IMG/VR virus record: IMGVR_UViG_3300000976_000008
Span: 303,223 to 367,222 of that record
Source: a virus
Lineage: Duplodnaviria > Heunggongvirae > Uroviricota > Caudoviricetes
DNA: 64,000 nucleotides
Direction: 5' to 3' (one strand)
Made by a program: the position numbers and the translations under genes. Shown here one piece after another: positions 28,428-39,027 of this stretch; position 1 is the stretch's first letter, and the number at the start of each line of letters is the position of its first letter. The notes below the pieces were generated by a model. The model was not told where the DNA came from. It saw nothing but the letters and a program-made list of their open reading frames with translations, and did not search any database.

Positions 28428-28522
28428 TGGGGTTTCCTTTGTTTTCCCTTTAACTCTAGTGCCCTCGATCGACACTTAGCATTCTGAAAGAAGAATGCCT
28501 CTCCCGAGCCAAAGGAGAAACT

Positions 28523-31500
28523 TTACAAAATCTCATTTATAGTAGTCGGTGGTGGATCAAAGAAACTACCAATTGTTGGAGGAGATCCTGTTGTTGTCCA
28601 ACCAGGCTGATTATTACATGTAGGAGTCATTTGGATAAAGAAGTTTGGACCACCAGCATCAAACGTCCAATCTGCAGGTGGTATGGTAACTGTACCAACA
28701 GCATAGACTACTTCAATAGAACTAGTAGCAGCAGGAACTGGAGTAGGCAATGCAATATTAAGAATTGTCTGTGAAGGACCAGCAGTACAAGGAGCCTGTC
28801 CAGTCACAGCCCAAGAACCAGCACCACCGCCAGCAGCAGCAACTATCAATTCGAACGTCTCAGTATCACTACCATAAGTCGAATGAGTAGCAGTAATTGT
28901 GTAAGTCGTTCCAGTCGTCACATCGGAAGCTGTCGTTGTGCCAGTAATTGCACCAGTAGAAGTATTGAATGACAATCCAGTACCGCCAGGGAATGCCGGA
29001 GCGATCGACCAAGAAGTAGCAGTACCCTGAGACAATGTCGGAGTAACTGTTACTGCATCACCCTCAGTCACTGAGACATCAGTGATTGCAGCAATAATTG
29101 GTGGATCACCAAACGTCATATTGAACGTCGCCGTATCATTTCCGAAGGCGTTCAAGGAAGTAATTGTGTAAGAAGTTGCTCCTTGAGCTGTCGTCGGTGT
29201 TCCATTCAATACACCAGTCGATGTGTTGAACGTCAAGCCAGCCGGAGCAGCCGGAGCGATCGTCCAAGAAGTGGCAGCCCCACCCGTGTTGTTTGGAGTA
29301 ATTGTAAGTGCAGTTCCAGTTGCCCCATCATAATCGGCGATCGCTGCGAGGACTGGGACTTCACCGAACGTCATATCGAACATTTCGGCATCACTACCAT
29401 AAGTGTTTGTGGCAGTGATAGTGTATGTCGTGGCAGCTTGTGCGACCGTAGGAGTACCGCTAAGGACTCCAGTTGATGTGTTGAATGTCAATCCTGTAGG
29501 AGCCGCTGGTGAAATGGACCAACTTACTGCAGAACCACCCGTGTTATTCGGAGTGATAGTAAGAGGAGTTCCCGTAGCACCAACGTAATCCGCAATAGCA
29601 TCAACAGCCGGAGCATCACCAAATGTGAGATCGAACGCCTCGTTATCACTACCATAAGCATTTGTAGCCGTGATAGTGTAAGTCGTCGCTGTTTGGGCAG
29701 TTGTTGGAGTGCCGTTCAAGACTCCAGTTGAAGTATTGAATGTAAGTCCAGCAGGAGCAGCCGGAGCAATAGACCAACTTGTTGCAGCCCCACCGGTATT
29801 ACTTGGCGTAACAGTAAGCGCAGTTCCAGTTGCCCCATCATAATCCGCGATCGCTGCGAGGACTGGGGCTTCACCGAACGTCATATCGAACGTTTCAGAG
29901 TCACTTCCAGTAGCATTTGTCGCGGTGATCGTGTAGCTAGTAGCCGCTTGGGCAGTTGTCGGTGTACCGTTCAGAACACCAGTTGATGTGTTGAACGTCA
30001 ACCCAGCTGGAGCAGCTGGAGCAATGGTCCAAGAAGTAGCAGCACCACCCGTGTTGTTTGGAGTAATTGTAAGTGCTGTGCCCGTAGCATCGTCGTAATC
30101 CGGGATTGCAGCAAGAGCCGGAGCAGTACCACCAGCGTTGATAGTTATGTCGAATGTCTCAGTATCAGAACTACAATCATTCGTCACAGTTACAGTGTAA
30201 GTCGTAGCAGCTTGAGCAGTCGTTGGTGTCCCACTTAATACACCAGTCGATGTGTTAAACGTCAACCCTGCAGGAACTGCTGGAGAAATACTCCATGAAG
30301 TCGCCGCTTCACCTTCAAAAGTGGGAGTGACTGTGAGTGCTATTCCAACAGTAGCAGTCTCATCGGCTATAGGGTCTAAGATAGGACCAGCATGGCTACT
30401 GATAATACCAGAGTTTTTAGCAAGAGTTGAAAATGGTCCAGCACCAGCACGAATACTTACTTCACCACCAACAAGAGCATCCATTCCAGCTTGAGCTTGG
30501 ACAGTTGCAGCAGTCAATGATACACCATCGTCAATGAAGATTTTGCAACCATTAGTTGCTAAAACCGCTATGCCTGTATCCGCACCGCCAGTTATCGTAT
30601 TTGTGAAAGAAGTGTTATAGCATAATGTGTGACCAGAAGAAATATTGTGCATTGTCCTATTACCACCTGTGTATGAACCACCAGTAATAAGACAAAGACC
30701 AGATCCATGATGTGTTATGGCATTATCGTTATCTGCTGTTCCAGCAGAAGATGCAACGCAATTCTTAAATGAGCCTCCTGCGTGGTCAATTCCATCTGTG
30801 TTAGCGTTGGTAACAACACAATCTTCAAACAAAGCAATACCACTAGCATTTAGTTGTGAGCCATCAACTTGGATACCATGTGCGAAGAATGTTCCACGAT
30901 GACTACTCGTGGATGTTGGTGTTCCATTAATGAAATGCAGATTGCTCATACCATAACAAAGCCAAGACTCCGCATTTGGCCATGCCCCAGAACCATCTAT
31001 GGTTGGTTTAATAGCTGAGCTACTAAATATTGTGAAACTTCGATCTGAAGAATTAAGATTCGGGAACACATATGTTCCTGTATCTGCCGCTCCTTCGACA
31101 TGAACAGCATCAACATCCGGTTGTGATGTAGCTTCTGCAATAGTTAAAAACGGACTATCAGCAGATCCATCTCCAGTAATTCCAACTCTATCATCAACAT
31201 AATAAACCTTCTGAAGCGGATTCGGCAAGAAAACAGAAGGTGTTGATTGTGCATTCGAAGTCATATTCCCTGCACCATCGTCAACAGGCAGGAAAAATTG
31301 TGACCCAGCTGGTAAAATTCGCCAATCTCCGACACAAGTAAGTGTTGGAGCTGGCACAGCTTGATTAGCTAATAACCAAGTCTTTAAATTCGTAATATCA
31401 GTAGTAGTTAATTGCTGATTCCAAAAAATAAGCTCTTGTAAGACAGGTTCACCATTTCTAGAAAGAGATGTCGAACTACCCGTACTTCTAGCACCAAAGA

Positions 31501-32365
31501 ATGCTTGGTCAAATGACCAAGTTCCTCCAATAGTATTAGAAGTTGAACCACCTTCAAGAGTTTCAAAAGTAATTGTGCCTGCACCATCGTAGGTAACAAT
31601 CCACCATTGAGGCTCAGCCACATCACGATAGTCATTACCATGAATACGATTCAATACTACCGAGTTAAGTTCTCTAATCTGTAGAACAGAACCACCAGAT
31701 CCAAAATTTGACAAGTCTAAATAAGTATTCGCTTCCGAAGAATTACTCAAACTCAAAATCGTTTTCGGAGAAGATAAAGACCCAAATCCTTGGAATAAAA
31801 ATGAGAATGGTGTAGAACTATTGACAAATGAAGCCACACCATTAATTTGCGGTGCATAAGTAGAGTCAGTACGAGGAGCATAAAAACCCATTGTACCATT
31901 AGATAAACCAACTACAGGCAATCCAGCACCGGATGCTGTTGTTATAGAAGCAGTACCAACTATATCAGGGATAGTTTGATATTGCCCCATTCCAGCAGCA
32001 GAAGAAGAAATTCTTACTTGAGGTGCAGGAACATTACCTGGGAATGCGATTGGCTCAGTCAAAGCCATAACAAATGATTCAGAATCGCTACCGCCAGCAT
32101 TTGTGGCCGTAATTGTATAAGTCGTATTTGTTTGGGCAGTTGTTGGTGTGCCACTCAGCACACCAGTTGAAGCATTAAACGTAAGGCCCGCCGGAGCAGC
32201 AGGAGCAATGGACCATGAAACAGCAACTCCGCCAGTATTTATTGGCGTAACCGTAAATGCTGCCCCAATAATGCCTTCATAATTCGCAAGAGCACCAAGA
32301 ATTGGAGGGGCAACTGAAATCTGTTGTGCATGTGGCATCCTGCCTCTACTCATTCTGGTACGCAT
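28523..32365 (-). CDS. Ig-like (He_PIG) repeat virion or surface protein with putative LamG-like and beta-helix domains
   Basis: Seven SWSI.PA.PAGLTFNTSTGVLSGTPT...YTITATN repeats; ELIFWNQQLT (LamG-like end); YYVDD...GDGSADSPFLTIAEA (beta-helix entry motif). Confidence 0.8.
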   Translation of the reverse strand: MRTRMSRGRMPHAQQISVAPPILGALANYEGIIGAAFTVTPINTGGVAVSWSIAPAAPAGLTFNASTGVLSGTPTTAQTNTTYTITATNAGGSDSESFVMALTEPIAFPGNVPAPQVRISSSAAGMGQYQTIPDIVGTASITTASGAGLPVVGLSNGTMGFYAPRTDSTYAPQINGVASFVNSSTPFSFLFQGFGSLSSPKTILSLSNSSEANTYLDLSNFGSGGSVLQIRELNSVVLNRIHGNDYRDVAEPQWWIVTYDGAGTITFETLEGGSTSNTIGGTWSFDQAFFGARSTGSSTSLSRNGEPVLQELIFWNQQLTTTDITNLKTWLLANQAVPAPTLTCVGDWRILPAGSQFFLPVDDGAGNMTSNAQSTPSVFLPNPLQKVYYVDDRVGITGDGSADSPFLTIAEATSQPDVDAVHVEGAADTGTYVFPNLNSSDRSFTIFSSSAIKPTIDGSGAWPNAESWLCYGMSNLHFINGTPTSTSSHRGTFFAHGIQVDGSQLNASGIALFEDCVVTNANTDGIDHAGGSFKNCVASSAGTADNDNAITHHGSGLCLITGGSYTGGNRTMHNISSGHTLCYNTSFTNTITGGADTGIAVLATNGCKIFIDDGVSLTAATVQAQAGMDALVGGEVSIRAGAGPFSTLAKNSGIISSHAGPILDPIADETATVGIALTVTPTFEGEAATSWSISPAVPAGLTFNTSTGVLSGTPTTAQAATTYTVTVTNDCSSDTETFDITINAGGTAPALAAIPDYDDATGTALTITPNNTGGAATSWTIAPAAPAGLTFNTSTGVLNGTPTTAQAATSYTITATNATGSDSETFDMTFGEAPVLAAIADYDGATGTALTVTPSNTGGAATSWSIAPAAPAGLTFNTSTGVLNGTPTTAQTATTYTITATNAYGSDNEAFDLTFGDAPAVDAIADYVGATGTPLTITPNNTGGSAVSWSISPAAPTGLTFNTSTGVLSGTPTVAQAATTYTITATNTYGSDAEMFDMTFGEVPVLAAIADYDGATGTALTITPNNTGGAATSWTIAPAAPAGLTFNTSTGVLNGTPTTAQGATSYTITSLNAFGNDTATFNMTFGDPPIIAAITDVSVTEGDAVTVTPTLSQGTATSWSIAPAFPGGTGLSFNTSTGAITGTTTASDVTTGTTYTITATHSTYGSDTETFELIVAAAGGGAGSWAVTGQAPCTAGPSQTILNIALPTPVPAATSSIEVVYAVGTVTIPPADWTFDAGGPNFFIQMTPTCNNQPGWTTTGSPPTIGSFFDPPPTTINEIL
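28841..30385 (-). repeat. six tandem ~255-nt Ig-domain coding repeats
   Basis: Near-identical DNA blocks, e.g. ccagttgccccatcataatc.gcgatcgctgcgaggactggg near 29316 and 29826. Confidence 0.85.
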
Positions 32366-32428
32366 TTCAGGTCTCTTTCGTCGGAATCTTAACCGTGTGT
32401 CCCAAACTCAACTAAGCTCAACTAAGAA

Positions 32429-35400
32429 TTATACTTCTTTAATCACAGAAGCCATCCAAGCAGTGCTAGTAACACGAGAAACAGAAACCAAAGTGGTCTT
32501 ACCAGCAGTAGTCTCAACATCGACAGAACCAGTAGCATCAACATCAGTCGAAGCAAGGAATGTGATGCCAGCAATATCAAGTGTTCGCCCACCAGTCCCA
32601 TCTTGGACGAAAGCAATCAGAAAACCTGAAACTTCGTCCTCAGTACCAGCCGTACGATCGGTGTCATCAATTGTAACTGTCACGTTACCCGTGGCAGCAG
32701 GAAGTTCAAGGCGGCGACCATCTTTCAACGCGAAAGTAACAGCAGCAGCATGAGCACCTTCAACTTGTGCTGGTGGGTCAGTCAAGTGCTCACTAGCCCA
32801 AGTACCATCACCCTTGAACAATTTGTTATTGTCCGTTGCCGCAGGTGCTGGAACAGTACCTTGAGTACCGGCAGTTGTTCCATCAGCACCAGTCATCACA
32901 GCACTGGCTGAAGTAAGCAGTTGAAGTGTTCCTTGAACATCTCCAGCAGCCAAACCTGAACCAGCGTGAGCATCAACCGTGACGAATGTTGCAGCAACCG
33001 TTCCAAACTCAATCGTGTCCGCCGCAGCATTCATTCGTGCTGGCTGACCAGCAGTACCGAGTGCTCCACCATCGCTCAATCCAGCAAACGCTGTGACAAG
33101 AGTAGGTTTATTCGCAATGAAGGAATCAGCAGTGTTAGTTGCTTCATTCCAATCTGCTTGGACATTGACTTCAGCCCCAGCAGCAATTCCAGCCAGCTTC
33201 GTTGAATCAGCAGTCGGATAGTCGTTCTTAGCCGTGTTAGCTACGATAGCTGCTGACTCAGCAGCAGTAATTGTAGTGGGCTTATTGAGAATGAAGGAGT
33301 CAGCAGTGTTAGTTGCTTCATTCCAATCTGCTTGGACGTTAACTTCAGCCCCAGTTGCGATACCGGCAAGTTTAGTTTGCTCGGCAGTCGTGTAAGATTC
33401 GCCAGATAGTGAGAATGTTAGTGTTCCAGCAGTGTCATCATAAACAACATTGATTCCACCACCAGCCACAGAAACAAGGCTGTCAACAATGTCTTCAACC
33501 TGCTCCTGATTCAAACCACCGCCACCACCAGAAGCAGCAAGATCAATAGTTCCGCCAGCATCATTATAAGTCACGGTTAAGTTGGTGTGAGTACCACCCT
33601 GAAGCATCGCAGCGACAGCATCTTGGAGTTCTTCAAGAGTTCGAATATCACCAGGAACAATTCCTGCCAGCTTCGTCTGTTCAGCAGTCGTGTAATCCTC
33701 AGTTGAAAGACCCTTACCAGCGACTGTGTCGACCTTATTACCAAGATCAGTAGAGAAAGTTTGGAGGACTGTTTGGAGATCTCCAGCAGTCAAACCAGAA
33801 GGAACATCGGCATCAACCGTAGTGAATGTTGCAGCAACCGTACCAAATTCAATTGTATCAGCTGCGGCATTCATTCGTGCTGGTTGGCCAGCAGTACCGA
33901 GTGCTCCGCCATCACTCAACCCAGCAAATGCTGTGACGAGAGTAGGTTTATTCGCAATGAAGGAATCAGCGGTGTTAGTCGCTTCGTTCCAATCTGCTTG
34001 AATGTTAACTTCAGCTCCAGCAGCAATTCCAGCCAGCTTCGTTGAGTCAGCAGTTGGATAATCATTCTTCGCTGTATTCGCTACGATAGCTGCTGACTCG
34101 GCAGCAGTAATTGTAGTCGGTTTATTCGCAATGAAAGAATCAACAGTGTTATTCGCTTCGTTCCAATCTGCTTGGACGTTAACTTCAGCCCCAGCAGCAA
34201 TCCCAGCCAATTTAGCTGAATCTGCTATAGGATAATCATTCTTCGCTGTATTCGCTACAATAGCTGCTGACTCGGCAGCAGTAATTGTAGTCGGTTTGTT
34301 AACGATGAAAGAATCAGCGGTGTTAGTCGCTTCGTTCCAATCTGCTTGGACGTTGACTTCAGCCCCAGCAGCAATCCCAGCCAGTTTAGTTTGCTCGGCA
34401 GTCGTATAAGATTCGCCGGACAGAGCGATTGTGAGAGTTCCACCGGCGTCATCGTATGTGGCAGTGATTCCGCTACCGGCAACGTTCAATGCACCAACGA
34501 TATCTTCAACTTGTTCTTGATCAAGTCCACCACTTCCAGTAGAAGCGAGATCAATAGTTCCAGTTGCGTCATTATAAGTGACTGTTACATTGGTGTGAGT
34601 TCCGGCTTGAAGCATTGCTGCGACAGCGTCTTGGAATTCTTCAAGAGTTCGAATATCAGTCGGGACAATACCAGCGAGTTTCGTTTGTTCCGCAGTTGTA
34701 TAATCCTCAGTTGAAAGGCCCTTACCAGCAACCGTGTCAACTTTACCATCTAGAGCAGTTTGTTGTGCGGTGCTTACCGGCTTATCAGCATCTGAAGTAT
34801 TATTGGCGTTGCCTAAACCAACTTGTGTCGCTGTGACGCCATGTGGATTAGTGGTATCATTCGAATGAGTTGATAATGTTTGTAATGAAGTTTGAAGGTC
34901 GCCAGCAGCGAGACCAGAAGCAACGTCAGCAAGAACTGTTGTAAATGCTGCTTCAATGATTCCAAATTCAATTGCATTACCAGCGGCATTCATTCTCGCT
35001 GGTTGGCCAGCAGTTCCGAGGGCAGTGCCGTCACTCAAATCAGAGAATGATGTTACCAACGTCGGTTTATTGGCAATATATGCGTCAGATGTTATATTCG
35101 CTTCAGTCCAGTCAGCTTGGACGTTGACTTCAGCCCCAGCAGCAATACCAGTCAGTTTGGCAGCATCTGCAGTTGGGTAGCTATTCTTCGCCGTGTTAGC
35201 AACAATAGCACTTTGATCAGTTGCTGTGAAGGAAATACCAGAGAGAGAGAACGTAAGTGTTCCCGCTAAGTCGTCATATGTGACATTAATGCCGCCACCA
35301 GCAACACTAACGAGTGCCCCGACGACATCTTCCGTTTCTTCTTGTGTCAAGCCACCACCAATAGAAGTGGCAGTAAGATCGATTGAATTAGTAGCGTCAT

Positions 35401-36505
35401 TATAAACGACTGTCATGTCAGTGTGAGTTCCAGCTTGGAACAATGCACCAACAACGTCTTGGATTTCTTCAATTGTTCGTTGAGTTTTCCAATCAGTGTT
35501 ACCAAGTTCTGTGTCGATTAGAGCAACGATTTCAGTTGAAGTCTGATCAGCTGTAGCACCGAGTTCAATTGCGGCGAGCTTAGCAGCATCAGCAGCAGGA
35601 TATGCAGCTTTAGCAGTGTTTGTCGCAACACTTGTACTCACAGTAGAGAGCACAGTTTGAAGATTTCCAGCAGGAAGATTTGCTGGTGCATCGGCCATCA
35701 CTTGGATATAAGTTGCATCAACTGAACCGAATTCTACTGTATCTGCAGCAGCATTCATTCGAGCTGGTTGGCCTGCCACTCCAAGAGCACCAGTATCATC
35801 AAGATCAGCGAAGGTTGATGAAACAAATGCCCAAGTACCGTCACCCTTGAAGAATTTGTCTTCGTCACCAGCCGCAGGTGCTGTTACAGCACCTTGAGTT
35901 CCAGGAATTGTTGCGGTAGCTCCTGTCATCACAGGAGCTGCAGAATTAAGGGTAGTTTGGAAGTTTTGGATTGTTGTTTGAAGATCACCAGCAGGAAGGC
36001 CAGATCCAGCATCAGCAGCAACTTGGATAAATCCTGCTGGAAGATCTGAAAGTTCTCCAGGATTACCAGAAGCATCGTATCCAACTACTGAACCGGGAGC
36101 ACCAGTTTCAAGTTTGGTGAGTCCAACACCATTATCTTGAAGATCAAGAGGAGTATTACCTCCATCCCCAGCAAAAACACTTGCTACAGTGTTAAGAGGT
36201 GGCAGAGGTGGAAGATGAACTATCTTCTCATCATTGAGAATTAGCAAATTTGCACCGATCACGTATGTCGAACCAATGCAATCAGTGCCTGGTGAGACTG
36301 CAGTGACCAGTCTAGCAAATCGATTATCAAAATTGTTCGCAGGAATTGCTGTGTTTGCAGAACTTCCGCTATTACCACGGAAGACATTCGTCCGTCGTTC
36401 TTGAGTTAGTTCATAGACGAGATCGCCATATTTGAGTTCGAGTTCATCTGCGGTAAGCCCAGACCGTTGATCTCGACCAATAGCATTACGAATATGATCA
36501 TTCAT
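32429..36505 (-). CDS. long repeat-rich fibre protein
   Basis: KLAGIAAGAEVNVQADW x6, GQPARMNAA x4, GKGLSTEDYTTAEQTKL x2, FKGDGTWA x2; C-terminal QDGTGGRT; motifs typical of phage fibre shafts. Confidence 0.8.
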   Translation of the reverse strand: MNDHIRNAIGRDQRSGLTADELELKYGDLVYELTQERRTNVFRGNSGSSANTAIPANNFDNRFARLVTAVSPGTDCIGSTYVIGANLLILNDEKIVHLPPLPPLNTVASVFAGDGGNTPLDLQDNGVGLTKLETGAPGSVVGYDASGNPGELSDLPAGFIQVAADAGSGLPAGDLQTTIQNFQTTLNSAAPVMTGATATIPGTQGAVTAPAAGDEDKFFKGDGTWAFVSSTFADLDDTGALGVAGQPARMNAAADTVEFGSVDATYIQVMADAPANLPAGNLQTVLSTVSTSVATNTAKAAYPAADAAKLAAIELGATADQTSTEIVALIDTELGNTDWKTQRTIEEIQDVVGALFQAGTHTDMTVVYNDATNSIDLTATSIGGGLTQEETEDVVGALVSVAGGGINVTYDDLAGTLTFSLSGISFTATDQSAIVANTAKNSYPTADAAKLTGIAAGAEVNVQADWTEANITSDAYIANKPTLVTSFSDLSDGTALGTAGQPARMNAAGNAIEFGIIEAAFTTVLADVASGLAAGDLQTSLQTLSTHSNDTTNPHGVTATQVGLGNANNTSDADKPVSTAQQTALDGKVDTVAGKGLSTEDYTTAEQTKLAGIVPTDIRTLEEFQDAVAAMLQAGTHTNVTVTYNDATGTIDLASTGSGGLDQEQVEDIVGALNVAGSGITATYDDAGGTLTIALSGESYTTAEQTKLAGIAAGAEVNVQADWNEATNTADSFIVNKPTTITAAESAAIVANTAKNDYPIADSAKLAGIAAGAEVNVQADWNEANNTVDSFIANKPTTITAAESAAIVANTAKNDYPTADSTKLAGIAAGAEVNIQADWNEATNTADSFIANKPTLVTAFAGLSDGGALGTAGQPARMNAAADTIEFGTVAATFTTVDADVPSGLTAGDLQTVLQTFSTDLGNKVDTVAGKGLSTEDYTTAEQTKLAGIVPGDIRTLEELQDAVAAMLQGGTHTNLTVTYNDAGGTIDLAASGGGGGLNQEQVEDIVDSLVSVAGGGINVVYDDTAGTLTFSLSGESYTTAEQTKLAGIATGAEVNVQADWNEATNTADSFILNKPTTITAAESAAIVANTAKNDYPTADSTKLAGIAAGAEVNVQADWNEATNTADSFIANKPTLVTAFAGLSDGGALGTAGQPARMNAAADTIEFGTVAATFVTVDAHAGSGLAAGDVQGTLQLLTSASAVMTGADGTTAGTQGTVPAPAATDNNKLFKGDGTWASEHLTDPPAQVEGAHAAAVTFALKDGRRLELPAATGNVTVTIDDTDRTAGTEDEVSGFLIAFVQDGTGGRTLDIAGITFLASTDVDATGSVDVETTAGKTTLVSVSRVTSTAWMASVIKEV

Positions 36506-36637
36506 TAGACTTAATTCTCAACAAATACCTAGGAATAGGATTTAATCATCATAATCTATGTTTGATAAAACAAGATTGCAAACAAATGTAAACTATCTGG
36601 TATGTAAAATAAATGCATTCTAATAGTCAGATCTGTT

Positions 36638-37069
36638 ATGGTAAGTTTTGAAAAGCGGTTAGCTGAAATCCTTTTAGAAGAGGTCGAACCAGAATTTGAA
36701 TCCGCCGTTGGAATAGTCCAAATGCGTAACAGATGGCTATTGGGTCTTTCCAAATCACATGGCGACAGAAAGAATAAATGGTGTCACCCTGGGGGTGGCA
36801 TCGATAGAGGTGAGTCACCAAAGAAAGCAGCGGTTAGAGAAGTCTTCGAAGAGACTGGTATTCGCTGTAAAGCAGTAGGTGAACCATTTAGAGACATCAA
36901 GCACAAAGGCGTAGCATTTGTGCATTGTAAAGTAACCAGTCACAGCCAAAAACTTAATCCCAATGAGGAATTTGCTGCAGTCGGTTTCTTCACATTGGCA
37001 GAACTTCGAGTTCTAAAGCCTCTATACAAGAATGTTAAGAAATTAATCGATCAAGCCAAGAAATGCTAG
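36638..37069 (+). CDS. NUDIX hydrolase
   Basis: Nudix box PGGGIDRGESPKKAAVREVFEETG. Confidence 0.92.
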   Translation: MVSFEKRLAEILLEEVEPEFESAVGIVQMRNRWLLGLSKSHGDRKNKWCHPGGGIDRGESPKKAAVREVFEETGIRCKAVGEPFRDIKHKGVAFVHCKVTSHSQKLNPNEEFAAVGFFTLAELRVLKPLYKNVKKLIDQAKKC

Positions 37070-37323
37070 GTAGGGTTTTTACCATTTTCCGATGGTTCCG
37101 ATGGTGGAGCCAGCAATTCTTTAATCATATCATCGATATAACCGCTACCCTTACTGATAATTTCTAAAACAGCTTCAGGATTCTCAATAGTTGGATCAGC
37201 CTCGATATCTTCAGCGTATCGCTTAGTAAGATACCCCAGAATAGTGAACTTAATGACAGGTATGAATACTGGATTGGACTTTAGAACAGCCAATACCGCT
37301 TGTTGTTGCTCAGGTGTTACCAT
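37066..37323 (-). CDS. hypothetical protein
   Basis: 85 aa, TAATG overlap, GAGG RBS. Confidence 0.6.
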   Translation of the reverse strand: MVTPEQQQAVLAVLKSNPVFIPVIKFTILGYLTKRYAEDIEADPTIENPEAVLEIISKGSGYIDDMIKELLAPPSEPSENGKNPT

Positions 37324-38498
37324 TATGGTTTCCTCGACATAATCGCTACTGGTTGCACTTTAGAAGTTATTTCGTGATCTTTCACGCTCATAACATAATT
37401 CGCATCCATCGATTCTGGGAACAATGATTGTTCAACTTCCCAACCATCAATAATCGAAGGTGTTTGGTATTGTACATCGACATTGGCAACTTTAGAGATA
37501 TAGATCAATTGAGTTGTCCAGTCAGCCCAAGCAATGTATCCTGGTGAGAATTCGAAGACACCACGCATACCATTTGCTGATGCTCCATAATTCGTGGTGT
37601 CAATGTCGAAAACCATCTCATGATTCGTTGGATTGATGCCAACTATTCGCTTCGCAGAGTTGGATGCTGCCACAATAGTTCCATCTACCATCTGGCAAAG
37701 TCCGTAAGATGAAGCAATTGTAGAAACTCCAATTGGGTGAGTAAAGACTTCTTCTGTCAACCAAGTTGTCATGTTGACTTTAAGAATCTTTCCTCGACCG
37801 TATTCACTGATCCATAAAATATTAGTATCATCTTTATCAATGAAAATTCTCATCGGCCTATAGACGATATTATTTCCAACTCCACTTGTACCAGTCAGGA
37901 ATTCCATCCTGGTAGCAACCAGTGTAGCAATTGGTGTGCTAACATCCCATTCAGAAATGCTACCATGATTTGTAGAGTTTGATCCAAAACCGTTGTAGCT
38001 AGAAACAACAATATTACCGTTTGTCAACCTAATAGCGGAGTGAGGGTTTCTCAAACGACCATCTGCGATATTTCCAGATCCGTTAGGAATACCAATTGTT
38101 GAGATTAATGTTCCTGCGTCGCGATCGTAGATCTTTACACAATGGTGAGCATAAGAAACGGCTAAGAGAAGCTTAGAGCCATCAGTTGTTAACGACATAT
38201 CCTGAAGGTAAGCAGTTCCTTCACCACTACTTGGTGCTTGATACGCAATGTTAGGCGTGAATTCAACTTCTAAAGAACTATTAAGCCTTTGCATTTGAGC
38301 ATAATAGCTGGAAATCCAAAGCTTTCCATCTTCGTCGTACTGTCCACCTGTAACATAATGAAACAAATTTCCATGGATCGACCGACCAATTCTTGGTCCA
38401 ATGAGAGCAACAGTGGCTTCATGACTATTATCAACTGGAGAAATGACTTCCCAGTCTTTAAGTGTGTTCGATTCAACTATCTGAGACAAATTAAACAT
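37323..38498 (-). CDS. NHL-like beta-propeller protein
   Basis: HCVKIYD.....ISTIG......DGRLRNPH, YRP.RIFID, LWISEYG..KILKV. Confidence 0.7.
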   Translation of the reverse strand: MFNLSQIVESNTLKDWEVISPVDNSHEATVALIGPRIGRSIHGNLFHYVTGGQYDEDGKLWISSYYAQMQRLNSSLEVEFTPNIAYQAPSSGEGTAYLQDMSLTTDGSKLLLAVSYAHHCVKIYDRDAGTLISTIGIPNGSGNIADGRLRNPHSAIRLTNGNIVVSSYNGFGSNSTNHGSISEWDVSTPIATLVATRMEFLTGTSGVGNNIVYRPMRIFIDKDDTNILWISEYGRGKILKVNMTTWLTEEVFTHPIGVSTIASSYGLCQMVDGTIVAASNSAKRIVGINPTNHEMVFDIDTTNYGASANGMRGVFEFSPGYIAWADWTTQLIYISKVANVDVQYQTPSIIDGWEVEQSLFPESMDANYVMSVKDHEITSKVQPVAIMSRKP

Positions 38499-38506
38499 AT
38501 TGTTCT

Positions 38507-39019
38507 CTAAATGTCGCTAGGACCAGGTGGGTTTGTTGTCGCAGAAGAAGGAAGGAAATCTACTAAATATTCGTTAGGAGAAGCACTTCCTGTTACTGTA
38601 AACTTTGACAAAGAAACATCTACAACAATAGGCCCAGTCTGTAATGTTCCAGCGATCATAAAATTATCATTAATATCACCAATGGTGATATGATTTATGC
38701 TTGCAGCTCCTAAATCTTCAAAAGACCATTTATATCCGATTCCGTATGTGAGCAATAGATCAAAAGATGAAACAGCACTATCAAGCTGAAAATCACCCGG
38801 CAATAAAGTCTGATTAGTATCAAGCAAGACTATACCAGGGTCACCAACGACCGGTGTCGCAAGATTGCTCTGGACATACGTCGGGTCAGATTCTTGGATC
38901 TTCGTTAGTAATGGATTAACATTGCCTTCAAGAAGATATTCAAAAATCAGTGGTAAATTCTCTAGGCAAAACGATTCAATATCCAGCCCAGCATTTTCAA
39001 CGGCGTTTTTTAGAAGCAT
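38507..39019 (-). CDS. hypothetical (likely virion) protein
   Basis: 170 aa within the fibre gene block. Confidence 0.6.
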   Translation of the reverse strand: MLLKNAVENAGLDIESFCLENLPLIFEYLLEGNVNPLLTKIQESDPTYVQSNLATPVVGDPGIVLLDTNQTLLPGDFQLDSAVSSFDLLLTYGIGYKWSFEDLGAASINHITIGDINDNFMIAGTLQTGPIVVDVSLSKFTVTGSASPNEYLVDFLPSSATTNPPGPSDI

Positions 39020-39027
39020 TAGTCAAC

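Noticed and set aside
28841-36000. Repeats as a CRISPR array
   Set aside because: Units are long, in-frame and protein-coding, with no short repeat plus unique spacer pattern and no cas genes.
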